The notes below the pieces were generated by a model. That model was not told the DNA's origin, did no database searches, and saw only the letters and a list, made by a program, of their open reading frames with translations. Positions 55,776 through 64,000 of a stretch of 64,000 nt of DNA are shown piece after piece (position 1 is the first letter of the stretch; each line of letters starts with the position of its first letter). The position numbers and the translations under genes were made by a program. Source of the stretch: Candidatus Binatia bacterium (GTDB taxonomy: Bacteria > Methylomirabilota > Methylomirabilia > Rokubacteriales > CSP1-6); the NCBI GenBank assembly GCA_035635995.1, contig DASPZZ010000190.1, positions 47 to 64,046 on the forward strand. Direction: 5' to 3'.

Positions 55776-56229
55776 AGGCCCGCTTCGCCGTCCTCCGGGC
55801 CGCGGGCCGCCGGCGAAGCTCGACGGTGGCACCGCGCACGCGCCCGGCGCATTGGCGGCAGAAATACTTGACCTCCACCGGATGCCCGCACTCGGCGTGC
55901 ACCAGCGCGGTCTGCCGGTGGACGTGGCGCGAGCCCCACGCCGCGAGCGCGCCCACGACGACCCCCAGCTCGCGCCCCTTGTCGGTCAGGGCGTACTCCG
56001 CGCGGGGCGGATGGTCGGAGTAGAACCGGCGTGTGACGAGCGCGTGCTTCTCCATGAGCTTGAGGCGGTCCGAGAGGATGTTGGGCGGGATCCCCGGGAG
56101 GCTCCGCTGGAGATCCTGAAACCGTCGGGGCCCGGGCAGCATGTCCCGGACGAGCAGAAGGGTCCAGCGGTCGCCGACCAGCTCGAGCGACTTCGCGACC
56201 GGACAGGCCTGACCGTAACGCTTGGGCAC
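55717..56229 (-). CDS. HxlR family transcriptional regulator
   Basis: CPVAKSLELVGDRWTLL, PPRAEYALTDKG, HAECG...CRQC. Confidence 0.92.
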   Translation of the reverse strand: MPKRYGQACPVAKSLELVGDRWTLLLVRDMLPGPRRFQDLQRSLPGIPPNILSDRLKLMEKHALVTRRFYSDHPPRAEYALTDKGRELGVVVGALAAWGSRHVHRQTALVHAECGHPVEVKYFCRQCAGRVRGATVELRRRPAARRTAKRASRPGGSAREARSARRGPRG

Positions 56230-56250
56230 ACCCCGAGTCTATCGCACGTC

Positions 56251-56278
56251 TTGACAGAAAAGCTAGTGACTATAGAAT
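56251..56278 (+). promoter_or_regulatory. Sigma70-type promoter of the MATE gene
   Basis: TTGACA (56251-56256), 16-bp spacer, TAGAAT (56273-56278), in an AT-rich gap divergent from HxlR. Confidence 0.65.
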
Positions 56279-56288
56279 AGCAAGCTAC

Positions 56289-57638
56289 ATGGATCTCACG
56301 ACCCGGCGGCTGCTCGAGGGCCCCATCACCCCGACGCTGCTCGGCCTCGCGGCGCCGAACGTCATCATGCTCGTGGCCCAGGTCTCGATCAGCATCCTGG
56401 AGGCCTACTACGTCGGCTGGCTCGGCGCCGACGCGCTGGCCGGTGTCTCCGTCACCTTCCCGCTGGTCATGCTCATGCAGACGATGTCGGCGGGGGGCAT
56501 GGGCGGCGGGGTCGCCTCGGCGGTCGCGCGGGCGCTCGGGGCGGGGCGCCGCGCGGACGCGAGCCGGCTGGTGACGCACGCGATCGTGATCGCCCTGGCC
56601 ATGGCGGCCGCGTTCACCGCGATCGTGCTCGGCGGCGGGCGCGCGATCTACAGCGCGATGGGCGCGCGCGACGGCGCGCTGGAGGCGGCGCTCGCCTACT
56701 CGAACGTGATCTTCGCGGGCGCGGCGGCGGTCTGGCTGTTCAACACGCTCGCGAGCGCCGTCCGCGGCACCGGCAACATGCTGCTTCCGGCCGGCGTCGT
56801 GCTCGGCGGGAGCCCACTCCTCGTGGCCCTCTCCCCCGCCCTCATCTTCGGCTGGGGGCCGTTGCCCCGGCTCGGCGTCACCGGCGCGGCCCTCGCCGTC
56901 GTCGCGTACTACATGGTCGGCGCCCTCGTGCTCGTCGTCTATCTCGCCTCCGACCGGAGCCTGGTCCGTCTCTCGCCGACGGTCCGCTTCGAGCGCGCGC
57001 TGTTCCGCGAGATCCTGCGAGTCGGAGCGCCCAGCCTCGTCAACAACGTCATGACGAATCTGACCGTCGTCCTCCTCACGGCCCTGGTCGGGTCGTTCGG
57101 CACCTTCGCGCTGGCCGGCTACGGCATGGGCGTGCGCCTCGAGTATCTCTTGATCCCGCTCGTCTTCGGCTTCGGCTCGGCCCTGGTCACGATGGTCGGC
57201 ACGAACTTCGGCGCCGGACAGGGCGCCCGCGCCAGGCGAGTGGCCTGGACCGGCGCCTTGATCGCGGCCGCCGTCTCGGAGACGATCGGGCTCGCCGCGG
57301 CCCTCTTCCCGCACGCGTGGCTCGGTCTGTTCAGCGACGAGCCCGCGGTGCTCGCGGCGGGGGCCGCGTACCTCCGCGTCGTCGGCCCTGCCTACGGCTT
57401 CTTCGGCCTCGGACTGGCACTCTACTTCGCGTCGCAGGGAGCCGGGCGGCTCCTGTGGCCGATGCTCGCCGGCGCTCTTCGTCTCGTCAGCGCGGCGGCG
57501 GGAGGCTGGCTGATCCTCCGCTGGGCGCCCGGCGAGCTCACGGCGCTCTTCGCGGTCATGGCGCTGGCACTCGTCCTCTTCGGCTCCACCCTGGCCGGGG
57601 CGATCCGTCTCGGCGCCTGGAACACGGGACGGAACTGA
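56289..57638 (+). CDS. MATE family efflux transporter
   Basis: GWLGADALAG, RGTGNMLLP, ILRVGAP, VGTNFGAG; ~12 TM. Confidence 0.93.
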   Translation: MDLTTRRLLEGPITPTLLGLAAPNVIMLVAQVSISILEAYYVGWLGADALAGVSVTFPLVMLMQTMSAGGMGGGVASAVARALGAGRRADASRLVTHAIVIALAMAAAFTAIVLGGGRAIYSAMGARDGALEAALAYSNVIFAGAAAVWLFNTLASAVRGTGNMLLPAGVVLGGSPLLVALSPALIFGWGPLPRLGVTGAALAVVAYYMVGALVLVVYLASDRSLVRLSPTVRFERALFREILRVGAPSLVNNVMTNLTVVLLTALVGSFGTFALAGYGMGVRLEYLLIPLVFGFGSALVTMVGTNFGAGQGARARRVAWTGALIAAAVSETIGLAAALFPHAWLGLFSDEPAVLAAGAAYLRVVGPAYGFFGLGLALYFASQGAGRLLWPMLAGALRLVSAAAGGWLILRWAPGELTALFAVMALALVLFGSTLAGAIRLGAWNTGRN

Positions 57639-57647
57639 GGGCTCCCG

Positions 57648-58085
57648 ATGCCACGGATGCTCGATCTCATCCAGAAGATGCGGCAGGGGGAAATCCCGCC
57701 GCCGCCCGTCGCGACCCTGATCGGCTTCGCGTTGACGGCCGTCGAGCCGGGCCGCGCCGTCGTCGAATTGACGGCGGAGGGGCGCCACGCCAATCCCATG
57801 GGCACGCTCCACGGCGGCATCCTGTGCGACATGGCCGACGCCGCGATGGGGATGGCCTACGCCGCGACCCTGGACGAAGGCGAGACCTTCACCACCCTCG
57901 AGCTCAAGATCAACTTCCTGAAGCCGGTCTGGACCGGCAAGCTCGTCGCCACCGGGCGGGTCGTGAAGAGTGGGCGGACGATCGGCCTCGTCGAGTGCGA
58001 CGTCGTCGACGACAAGGAGCGGCTGGTGGCACGGGCGACTTCCACCTGCATGACGCTCCGGGGCGACGAAGCCAGGGGCCGCTAG
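57648..58085 (+). CDS. PaaI family thioesterase
   Basis: NPMGTLHGGILCDMAD, TLELKINFLKP. Confidence 0.93.
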   Translation: MPRMLDLIQKMRQGEIPPPPVATLIGFALTAVEPGRAVVELTAEGRHANPMGTLHGGILCDMADAAMGMAYAATLDEGETFTTLELKINFLKPVWTGKLVATGRVVKSGRTIGLVECDVVDDKERLVARATSTCMTLRGDEARGR

Positions 58086-58177
58086 CCCGAGTTCACCGGT
58101 CGCTCGCGCGATCGGCCGCCTGTCGCGGGCTCACGCACTCCGCTACAATGGCCTATCCCGACCCTAGGAGAGGCCCC

Positions 58178-59194
58178 GTGAAGCTCGATGTCGGCATGCT
58201 GACGCACGATCTGAAGTCCATCCCCGCCTACGCACGGAAGGTGGAGGCACTCGGGTACGACTGTCTCTGGTCCTCCGAGACCCAGCACGATCCGTTCCTC
58301 CCGCTCGCCGTCGCCGCCGGCGTCACGACGCAAATCCACCTGGGCACCGCGATCGCCGTGGCGTTCCCGCGGAGCCCGATGGTCCTCGCGCACATCGCGT
58401 GGGACCTTCAGAAGGCCTCCGACGGTCGGTTCATCCTCGGACTCGGCACGCAGGTCAAGGGGCACAACGAGCGGCGCTTCTCGGTGAAGTTCGAGTCGCC
58501 CGGGCCGAAGATGCGCGAGATCGTCCTGGCGCTGCGGCACATCTGGGACTGCTGGCAGAACGGGACGAAGCTCGGTTTCAAGGGGCAGTTCTATCGCTTC
58601 GACCTGATGACGCCCTTCTTCAATCCCGGGCCGATCGCGCACCCGAAGGTGCCGATCTACATCGCGGGCGTCAACCGGTACATGTGTCGGATCGCGGGCG
58701 AGGTCTGCGACGGCTTGCACGTGCACCCGTTCAACAGCCCGAAGTACCTGCGCGAGTACGTCAACCCCGCCGTGGACGAGGGGCTCCGGGCCGCGGGCCG
58801 GGCGCGCGCCGACTTCGCGTACACGACCGCGAGCTTCGTGGTCGTCGGCGACACCGAGGAAGAGCTGGCGCGGAACCGGCAATCGGTCAAGCAGCAGATC
58901 GCCTTCTACGCCTCCACCCGCACCTACGAGCCCGTGCTCGCGGCCCACGGCTGGCAGGATCTCACGCCGGCGCTGCACCGGAAGTCGATCGAGGGCGACT
59001 GGAAGGGCATGGCCGACCTGATCACCGACGAGATGCTCGACACCTTCGCGGTCACGGGGAGCTACGACACGATCGGCCGCCGGCTCAAGGAGCGCTACGC
59101 CGGGCTGCTCGACAGCACGGCGCTCTATCAACCGTATCAGTCGGGCCTCGACGATCCCCGGCTCCCGCGTCTGGTCAAAGAATTCAACGGGTAG
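58178..59194 (+). CDS. LLM class F420-dependent oxidoreductase (TIGR03617-like)
   Basis: SETQHDPFLPL, AFPRSP, LGLGTQVKGHNERRF, IAFYASTRTY. Confidence 0.9.
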   Translation: MKLDVGMLTHDLKSIPAYARKVEALGYDCLWSSETQHDPFLPLAVAAGVTTQIHLGTAIAVAFPRSPMVLAHIAWDLQKASDGRFILGLGTQVKGHNERRFSVKFESPGPKMREIVLALRHIWDCWQNGTKLGFKGQFYRFDLMTPFFNPGPIAHPKVPIYIAGVNRYMCRIAGEVCDGLHVHPFNSPKYLREYVNPAVDEGLRAAGRARADFAYTTASFVVVGDTEEELARNRQSVKQQIAFYASTRTYEPVLAAHGWQDLTPALHRKSIEGDWKGMADLITDEMLDTFAVTGSYDTIGRRLKERYAGLLDSTALYQPYQSGLDDPRLPRLVKEFNG

Positions 59195-59206
59195 AGGGTT
59201 CAACGC

Positions 59207-60448
59207 ATGATCGATCTCTGCGATCTCGGTGAGCGACCGCCACTCGGCGAGGTGCCGAAGCGGATGCACGCATACCTCGTCCGCCAGAACCGCTTCGGCC
59301 AGCCGCGCGACGCCTGGCGGCGCGAGATCATCCCGACGCCGACCCTCGGCCCCGACGAGGTGCTGATCTACGTCATGGCCTCGGGCATCAACTACAACAA
59401 CGTCTGGGCCGCGCTGGGCACGCCGGTCGACGTGATCGCCGAGCGGCAGCGGGCGGGCGAGCCCGAGGACTTCCACGCCGGCGGCAGCGACTGCTCGGGC
59501 CTCGTGTGGGCGGTCGGCCGGGACGTGCAGAGCGTGAGGATCGGCGACGAGGTGATCGTGCACAGCGGATGGTGGCGTCCCGACGATCCCTGGGTTCGCT
59601 CGGGCAAGGACCCGATGCTCGCCGAGAGCACGCGCATCTGGGGCTACCAGACGAACTACGGGAGCTTTTGCCAGTTCGCGCGCTGTCAGGCCCACCAGTG
59701 CGTCCCGAAGCCCAGGCGCCTGACGTGGGAGGAAGCGGGTTGCTTCCTGCTCTGCGCCTCCACGGCGTACCGGATGCTCATGGGTTGGCCGCCCCACGTG
59801 ATCGAGCCCGGCGACGTCGTCCTGGTGTGGGGCGCGGCGGGCGGCCTCGGCAGCATGGCGCTCGAGATCACGCGCGCGGTCGGCGGGCGCGCCGTGGCGG
59901 TCGTCTCCGACGATGCGAAGCGGAAGTTCTGCCAGGAGCACGGTGCAGTGGCCGTCATCAATCGCAGCCCGTTCACCCACTGGGGCCCGATGCCCAACAC
60001 GGAGGACACGAAGGCCTACGGCGAATGGGCGAAGGGCGCGCGCGCCTTCGGCAAGGCGATCTGGGACGGCCTGGGCGAGCGGGTCAGCCCGAGAATCGTC
60101 TTCGAGCATCCGGGCGAGTCGACCCTGCCCACGTCGGTGTTCGTCTGCTCGACGGGCGGCATGGTCGTCATCTGCGCCGGCACCACCGGCTACACCGCGA
60201 CGATGGACCTGCGCTATCACTGGATGCGCCAGAAGCGCTTCCAGGGCAGCCATCTCTCCAACGACGCGCAGGCGGCGGACGTCACGAAGCTCGTCAGCGA
60301 GGGCAAGGTGGACACGTGCCTCAGCCGTACCTACACCTTCGACGACATTCCGGAGTGCCACCAGTTGATGCTCGAGAACAAGCATCCGTACGGCAACATG
60401 GCGGTGCTGGTCAACGCCCGCCAGCCCGGCCAGGGCGCCTCCGGGTGA
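59207..60448 (+). CDS. ccr: Crotonyl-CoA carboxylase/reductase
   Basis: INYNNVWA, GSDCSG, WGYQTNYGSF, WGAAGGLG, VFEHPG, CAGTTG, WMRQKRFQGSH. Confidence 0.92.
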   Translation: MIDLCDLGERPPLGEVPKRMHAYLVRQNRFGQPRDAWRREIIPTPTLGPDEVLIYVMASGINYNNVWAALGTPVDVIAERQRAGEPEDFHAGGSDCSGLVWAVGRDVQSVRIGDEVIVHSGWWRPDDPWVRSGKDPMLAESTRIWGYQTNYGSFCQFARCQAHQCVPKPRRLTWEEAGCFLLCASTAYRMLMGWPPHVIEPGDVVLVWGAAGGLGSMALEITRAVGGRAVAVVSDDAKRKFCQEHGAVAVINRSPFTHWGPMPNTEDTKAYGEWAKGARAFGKAIWDGLGERVSPRIVFEHPGESTLPTSVFVCSTGGMVVICAGTTGYTATMDLRYHWMRQKRFQGSHLSNDAQAADVTKLVSEGKVDTCLSRTYTFDDIPECHQLMLENKHPYGNMAVLVNARQPGQGASG

Positions 60449-60462
60449 ACGGAGGGCTGACC

Positions 60463-60816
60463 ATGCGGATGATCGCGGCCATCGCGCTCCTCGTGCCGGC
60501 CGCCGTGGGCGTCGTCCCGGTGGGCGCACACCACGGCTGGAGCGGCTACGACTCGAGCAAGGAGCTCACGCTCACCGGCACCATCAAGGAAGCCGGGTAC
60601 GAGCATCCCCACGGTCACGTGCGCCTCGAGGTACCCGGCAAGGTCTGGCTCGTCGTGCTCGCGCCGCCGACGCGCATGGAGAACCGTGGACTGCCGGCCG
60701 CCAAGCTCCGCGTCGGCGCCAGGGCCACGGTCGTCGGCTACCCACACCGGAGCGTCGAGGACGAGATGCGCGCCGAGCGCATCACGATCGAGGGAGCGAC
60801 GGTGGAGCTCCGTTGA
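60463..60816 (+). CDS. DUF6152-like exported protein
   Basis: Signal peptide followed by AHHGWSGYD, HPH, EMRAERI. Confidence 0.75.
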   Translation: MRMIAAIALLVPAAVGVVPVGAHHGWSGYDSSKELTLTGTIKEAGYEHPHGHVRLEVPGKVWLVVLAPPTRMENRGLPAAKLRVGARATVVGYPHRSVEDEMRAERITIEGATVELR

Positions 60817-61307
60817 CTCCGGCCGGCGGCGTCGGCTGGCTCACGTCGCTCGAGTCCACCGCGGCGGCGACGGCGATGCGGCAGTCGCTGTGGCTCTATC
60901 CGATCGTCGAGATCCTCCACATCATCGGCTTCGTCGTCCTCGTGGGCAGCGCGGCGATGTTCGACTTGAGGCTGCTCGGACTCTCGCGGCAGCTCCCGGT
61001 GACCGGCATGGAGCGCCACCTCCTGCCGTGGGCGCGCGCCAGCGCGCTCCTGATCGTGCCGACGGGCGGCCTGATGTTCGTCGCCCACGCGACCGAGTTC
61101 GCTGGGAACCCCGCGTTCAGGCTGAAGCTCATCCTGCTCGTCGCAGCCGCCCTCAACGCCGCCGCCTTCCATTTCCGGCCGTTCCGGCAGGTCGCCGAGT
61201 GGGATCAGGGCGCGCGCGCACCCCTCGCGGCACGCTTCGCGGCCGGGCTCTCGCTCGTACTGTGGACAGGCGTGATCGCCTGCGGGCGGCTGCTCGCGTA
61301 TTTTTAG
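60813..61307 (+). CDS. DUF6644/DUF2214-like membrane protein
   Basis: LYPIVEILHIIG, FDLRLLG, FRLKL, GRLLAYF; TTGA overlap. Confidence 0.78.
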   Translation: MTPAGGVGWLTSLESTAAATAMRQSLWLYPIVEILHIIGFVVLVGSAAMFDLRLLGLSRQLPVTGMERHLLPWARASALLIVPTGGLMFVAHATEFAGNPAFRLKLILLVAAALNAAAFHFRPFRQVAEWDQGARAPLAARFAAGLSLVLWTGVIACGRLLAYF

Positions 61308-61312
61308 AGTGG

Positions 61313-61525
61313 GGGGCCCCGACATGGCCCCCCACACCCCCCCGGGCGGCGCGGAGCGCCCCGGGAAACCCGTGGCGCTCCTCGGTTTCGCGAGACTCGA
61401 CCAGGGGCCCCGACATGGCCCCCCACAGCCCCCCGGGCGGCGCGGAGCGCCCCGGGAAACCCGTGGCGCTCCTCGGTTTCGCGAGACTCGACTAGGGGCC
61501 CCGACATGGCCCCCCCGCGACCCCC
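61313..61525. repeat. Tandem 91-bp palindromic repeat (2 full units plus partial third) between convergent genes
   Basis: GGGGCCCCGACATGGCCCCCC starts at 61313, 61404 and 61495; intervening sequence nearly identical. Confidence 0.95.
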
Positions 61526-61541
61526 TCAGGGAGCGAGAGGC

Positions 61542-62339
61542 TCAGTCGTAGCCGGCGTCGCCAGGTAGGAGGACGAGCCGCTTGTCCCCCTCGATGATCA
61601 CGCGCGGAAGGATCGTCCGCACCTCGCGCCCCTTCAGTCTCTCGAGCGCGGTGGCGGCCGACGGCGCTCCGTCGAAGAGCTGCAGGTTCTTCACCGTGGG
61701 ATTGCGCAGCGGAAGCTCGCCACGAGCATTCGCATCGAGCGCCTCGCGCGGGGCGAGCCATCGGACCTCGGTGATCTCGCGCTCGTCGGCGACCGCTTCC
61801 TGACCCGGTGGCATCGCCGCCGCGAAGAAGCGCGTGTCGAAGCGGAGCGGCTGCGTCTCGGGCGTGATCCAGTGCGCGAAGTACACGAGCCCATCGGTCG
61901 CAAGCGTGAGGCGCTCGGCGCTCAGCATCTCCCAGAAGGCGCGATGATCGCCCTGACAGGCGCGCCGGTACGCCGAATAGCGCTGATCGTCCACGCGCAC
62001 CGGCTGACCACCGGGTGCGTAGGCGAGCAGGATCCCCACCTCTTCGAAGGTCTCGCGGATGACGCCGACCCAGTGACCGAGCGCCGCCTGCGGGGCGGCG
62101 GCGAGGTCGAGCCGGCGTGCGGCTTGGGCCGCGTCGACGCTCCGGCACCAGCCGGCGGCGTCGTCGCGGCCGTCGCTGACCTCGATCTTGCCCCCAGGAA
62201 ACACGAAGTCCCCGGCGGCGAACTTGCTCGCGCGGTGGCGGCGGATCAGGAGGACCTCGAACGCGCCGGCAGAGCGATCGCGCAGGAGGACGAGCGTGGC
62301 GGCCGGGACCGGCGTCACCGGCGCAGGTTTGACGGGCAC
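61542..62339 (-). CDS. NUDIX hydrolase (NUDT19-like)
   Basis: AATLVLLRD, VFPGG, IRETFEEVG, HWITPE..RFDTRFF; start approximate. Confidence 0.9.
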   Translation of the reverse strand: MPVKPAPVTPVPAATLVLLRDRSAGAFEVLLIRRHRASKFAAGDFVFPGGKIEVSDGRDDAAGWCRSVDAAQAARRLDLAAAPQAALGHWVGVIRETFEEVGILLAYAPGGQPVRVDDQRYSAYRRACQGDHRAFWEMLSAERLTLATDGLVYFAHWITPETQPLRFDTRFFAAAMPPGQEAVADEREITEVRWLAPREALDANARGELPLRNPTVKNLQLFDGAPSAATALERLKGREVRTILPRVIIEGDKRLVLLPGDAGYD

Positions 62340-62400
62340 GGTGTAGTGTGCCACGATGACGCGGCCGCTGTCATTCACTTCGTGGAGGACAGGTCTCTCT

Positions 62401-62862
62401 ATGAGCGCAGAAGCACGACTCAAGGAAAAGAACATCACGCTTCCCAAGACGACGAGCCCGATGGCGAACTACGTCGGCGCCGTACGGACCGGCAACCTGC
62501 TCTTCGTCTCGGGCCACGGGCCGGTCCGGGACGGCAAGGCGACCGCGCAGGGGAAGGTCGGAAAGGATCTCTCAGTCGAGCAAGGTTACCAGGTCGCGCG
62601 GGAGGTGGGCCTCGCCCTGCTGGCCACGGTGCGCGCGAACCTCGGCAGCCTCGACAAGGTCCGCCGCGTCGTCAAAGTCCTGGGCATGGTGAATTCGGCG
62701 GAGGGCTTCGGCGACCAGCCCAAGGTGATCAACGGATTCTCCGATCTGATGGTCGAGGTGTTCGGCGAGGCCATCGGCAAGCACGCGCGCTCGGCCGTGG
62801 GCATGGCCGCGCTGCCGGTGAACATTCCAGTCGAGATCGAGATGGTCCTCGAGGTAGAGTGA
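62401..62862 (+). CDS. RidA/YjgF family protein
   Basis: NYVGAVRTGNLLFVSG, NGFSDL, HARSAVG, PVEIE; GGAGGA RBS. Confidence 0.93.
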   Translation: MSAEARLKEKNITLPKTTSPMANYVGAVRTGNLLFVSGHGPVRDGKATAQGKVGKDLSVEQGYQVAREVGLALLATVRANLGSLDKVRRVVKVLGMVNSAEGFGDQPKVINGFSDLMVEVFGEAIGKHARSAVGMAALPVNIPVEIEMVLEVE

Positions 62863-62866
62863 GGCC

Positions 62867-63016
62867 ATGGCCGTGATTCTCGATCTGTGCGCGATGTTGA
62901 TCTCGCTGGTCTTCCTGTCGATCGTCGGCCTCGTCGCGGGCGTCTTGATTCCGGGGCTGTTCATGGCCGCCGCCGCCCCGTGGCTCGACTGGCTCCTGCC
63001 GATCAAGAAGCAGTAG
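62867..63016 (+). CDS. 49-aa hydrophobic small protein (not in ORF track)
   Basis: MAVILDLCAMLISLVFLSIVGLVAGVLIPGLFMAAAAPWLDWLLPIKKQ*; 4 bp after RidA; fills the gap to the convergent gene. Confidence 0.55.
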   Translation: MAVILDLCAMLISLVFLSIVGLVAGVLIPGLFMAAAAPWLDWLLPIKKQ

Positions 63017-63827
63017 CCGCCGGATCGATCAGTCCTGGCAGCATCCGCAGGGCCTCCGCGATCCGCGGCCCGTGCCAGGAGAAGGGCTTCCCGTCCACGA
63101 GGTGAATCCGACCGTCGCGAACCGCGGGTACCTCGCCGTATCCCGCGAAGTCGGCCAGATGGGCCCGCCTGAACCGGAACGGCTCGTCCGGGAGCAGAAT
63201 CACGGCCGGGCGTTGCGCGGCGACCTCGTCCAGCGTCACGGTCGGATAGCGCTCCGGCCGGTCGGCGAAGACGTTCCGCGCCCCGCAGACCCGCAGCATG
63301 TCGTGGATGTATGTGTCGCCGTTGATCGTCATGTACGGTCCGCGCCAGATCGGGTAGAACGCCGCCACCGGCGGCCGCCGCGCGCAGGCGCTCCGCACGC
63401 GCTCGTACAGCGGCTCGATTTCCCGGAGCATCTCGGCCGCGCGCGCCTGGGTGTCGGTCACCGCGCCGAGGTCGGCGATGAGCTGGATGCCCTCGGCCAC
63501 CGTGCGCGGGTACGTGACCCAGACCGGAATGGACCACGCGCGGAGCGTGTCGACGTGCTCACGGAGGTTTTCCTCGATGTTGGCGATGACCAGGTCGGGC
63601 TCGAGCCCCCGGATCTTCTCGAGGTCGGGATTCTTCTCGCCGCCGATCCGGGTCTTGTCCCTGACGACCTCGCGCGGCTCGACGCAATAGACCGTGACGG
63701 CCACCAGCGCATCGGCAAGCCCCAGAGCGCAGAGGGTCTCGGTGGTGCTCGGAACCAGCGACACGATCCGGCGCGGTGGCCGCGCCAGCTCCACGGCCGT
63801 CCCCGAGGCGTCGACGCGGGCCGCCAT
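63003..63827 (-). CDS. Helical-backbone metal receptor (BtuF/cobalamin-binding-like)
   Basis: RRIVSLVPSTTETL, GGEKNPD, NIEEN, LPDEPFRF, SWHGPR; no signal peptide evident. Confidence 0.88.
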   Translation of the reverse strand: MAARVDASGTAVELARPPRRIVSLVPSTTETLCALGLADALVAVTVYCVEPREVVRDKTRIGGEKNPDLEKIRGLEPDLVIANIEENLREHVDTLRAWSIPVWVTYPRTVAEGIQLIADLGAVTDTQARAAEMLREIEPLYERVRSACARRPPVAAFYPIWRGPYMTINGDTYIHDMLRVCGARNVFADRPERYPTVTLDEVAAQRPAVILLPDEPFRFRRAHLADFAGYGEVPAVRDGRIHLVDGKPFSWHGPRIAEALRMLPGLIDPAATAS

Positions 63828-64000
63828 CAGGCGATGCGTCGACTCCGCAGGCGCTCGACGAAGGCGAACGTCTCGCGGGTGCGCTCGGCGACCTCCTGAT
63901 CCCACTTCATGATCTCGTCCATCGGCGCCCGACGGTCGATCGCGTCCTCGAGGCTGGTCACCGCCACGCCGAAGAGCTTCAACAAGCGTCGCGTCTCGTC
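63827..64000 (-). CDS. 3' end of hypothetical protein (partial)
   Basis: Open frame DETRRLLKLFGVAVTSLEDA...RSRRIA* with TGATG overlap onto the next gene. Confidence 0.7.
   Translation of the reverse strand, partial: DETRRLLKLFGVAVTSLEDAIDRRAPMDEIMKWDQEVAERTRETFAFVERLRSRRIA

Noticed and set aside
61313-61525. Possible mini CRISPR array (21-bp palindromic repeat x3)
   Set aside because: The intervening 70-bp segments are near-identical rather than unique spacers, and there are no cas genes.

Overview
High-GC bacterial chromosomal window, densely coding, with about 62 genes. I recognised no rRNA, tRNA, CRISPR array, transposase or integrase. Gene content and intergenic palindromes resemble soil Ca. 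Rokubacteria/Methylomirabilota, but this is an impression only. Layout: (1) 1-4.2 kb is a decayed accessory patch (DUF2075 end, broken HNH nuclease, DUF2442, SDR, bactofilin plus methyltransferase-like gene). (2) 4.2-14.2 kb is a minus-strand aromatic-acid catabolic run (ABC importer, Rieske oxygenase, dihydroxyphthalate decarboxylase-like, LigJ, HpcH-type aldolase). (3) 14-36 kb holds transporters, CoA-transferases, an HpaB-like monooxygenase, hydrolases and an Hpt/response-regulator pair. (4) 36-45 kb is a divergent cluster: DUF1015, Mo-hydroxylase large subunit and fhs versus LigA/LigB-like, amidase and F420 enzymes. (5) 45-49 kb has a probable sigma54-driven pair of GAF-GGDEF genes (one intact, one degenerate) opposite an unusual pseudo-nuclease/low-complexity protein. 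(6) 49-56 kb has a CADD-like diiron oxidase-Rieske ferredoxin-GlcG operon followed by CoA-metabolism genes, one carrying an in-frame 37-bp perfect inverted repeat. (7) 56-64 kb holds HxlR, MATE, ccr, NUDIX, RidA and a metal-binding protein. Best novelty candidates: the diiron oxidase-ferredoxin-heme module, the active/dead diguanylate cyclase locus, the intragenic palindrome, and several internally collapsed gene scars. All family calls are from motif recognition by eye, not database searches.
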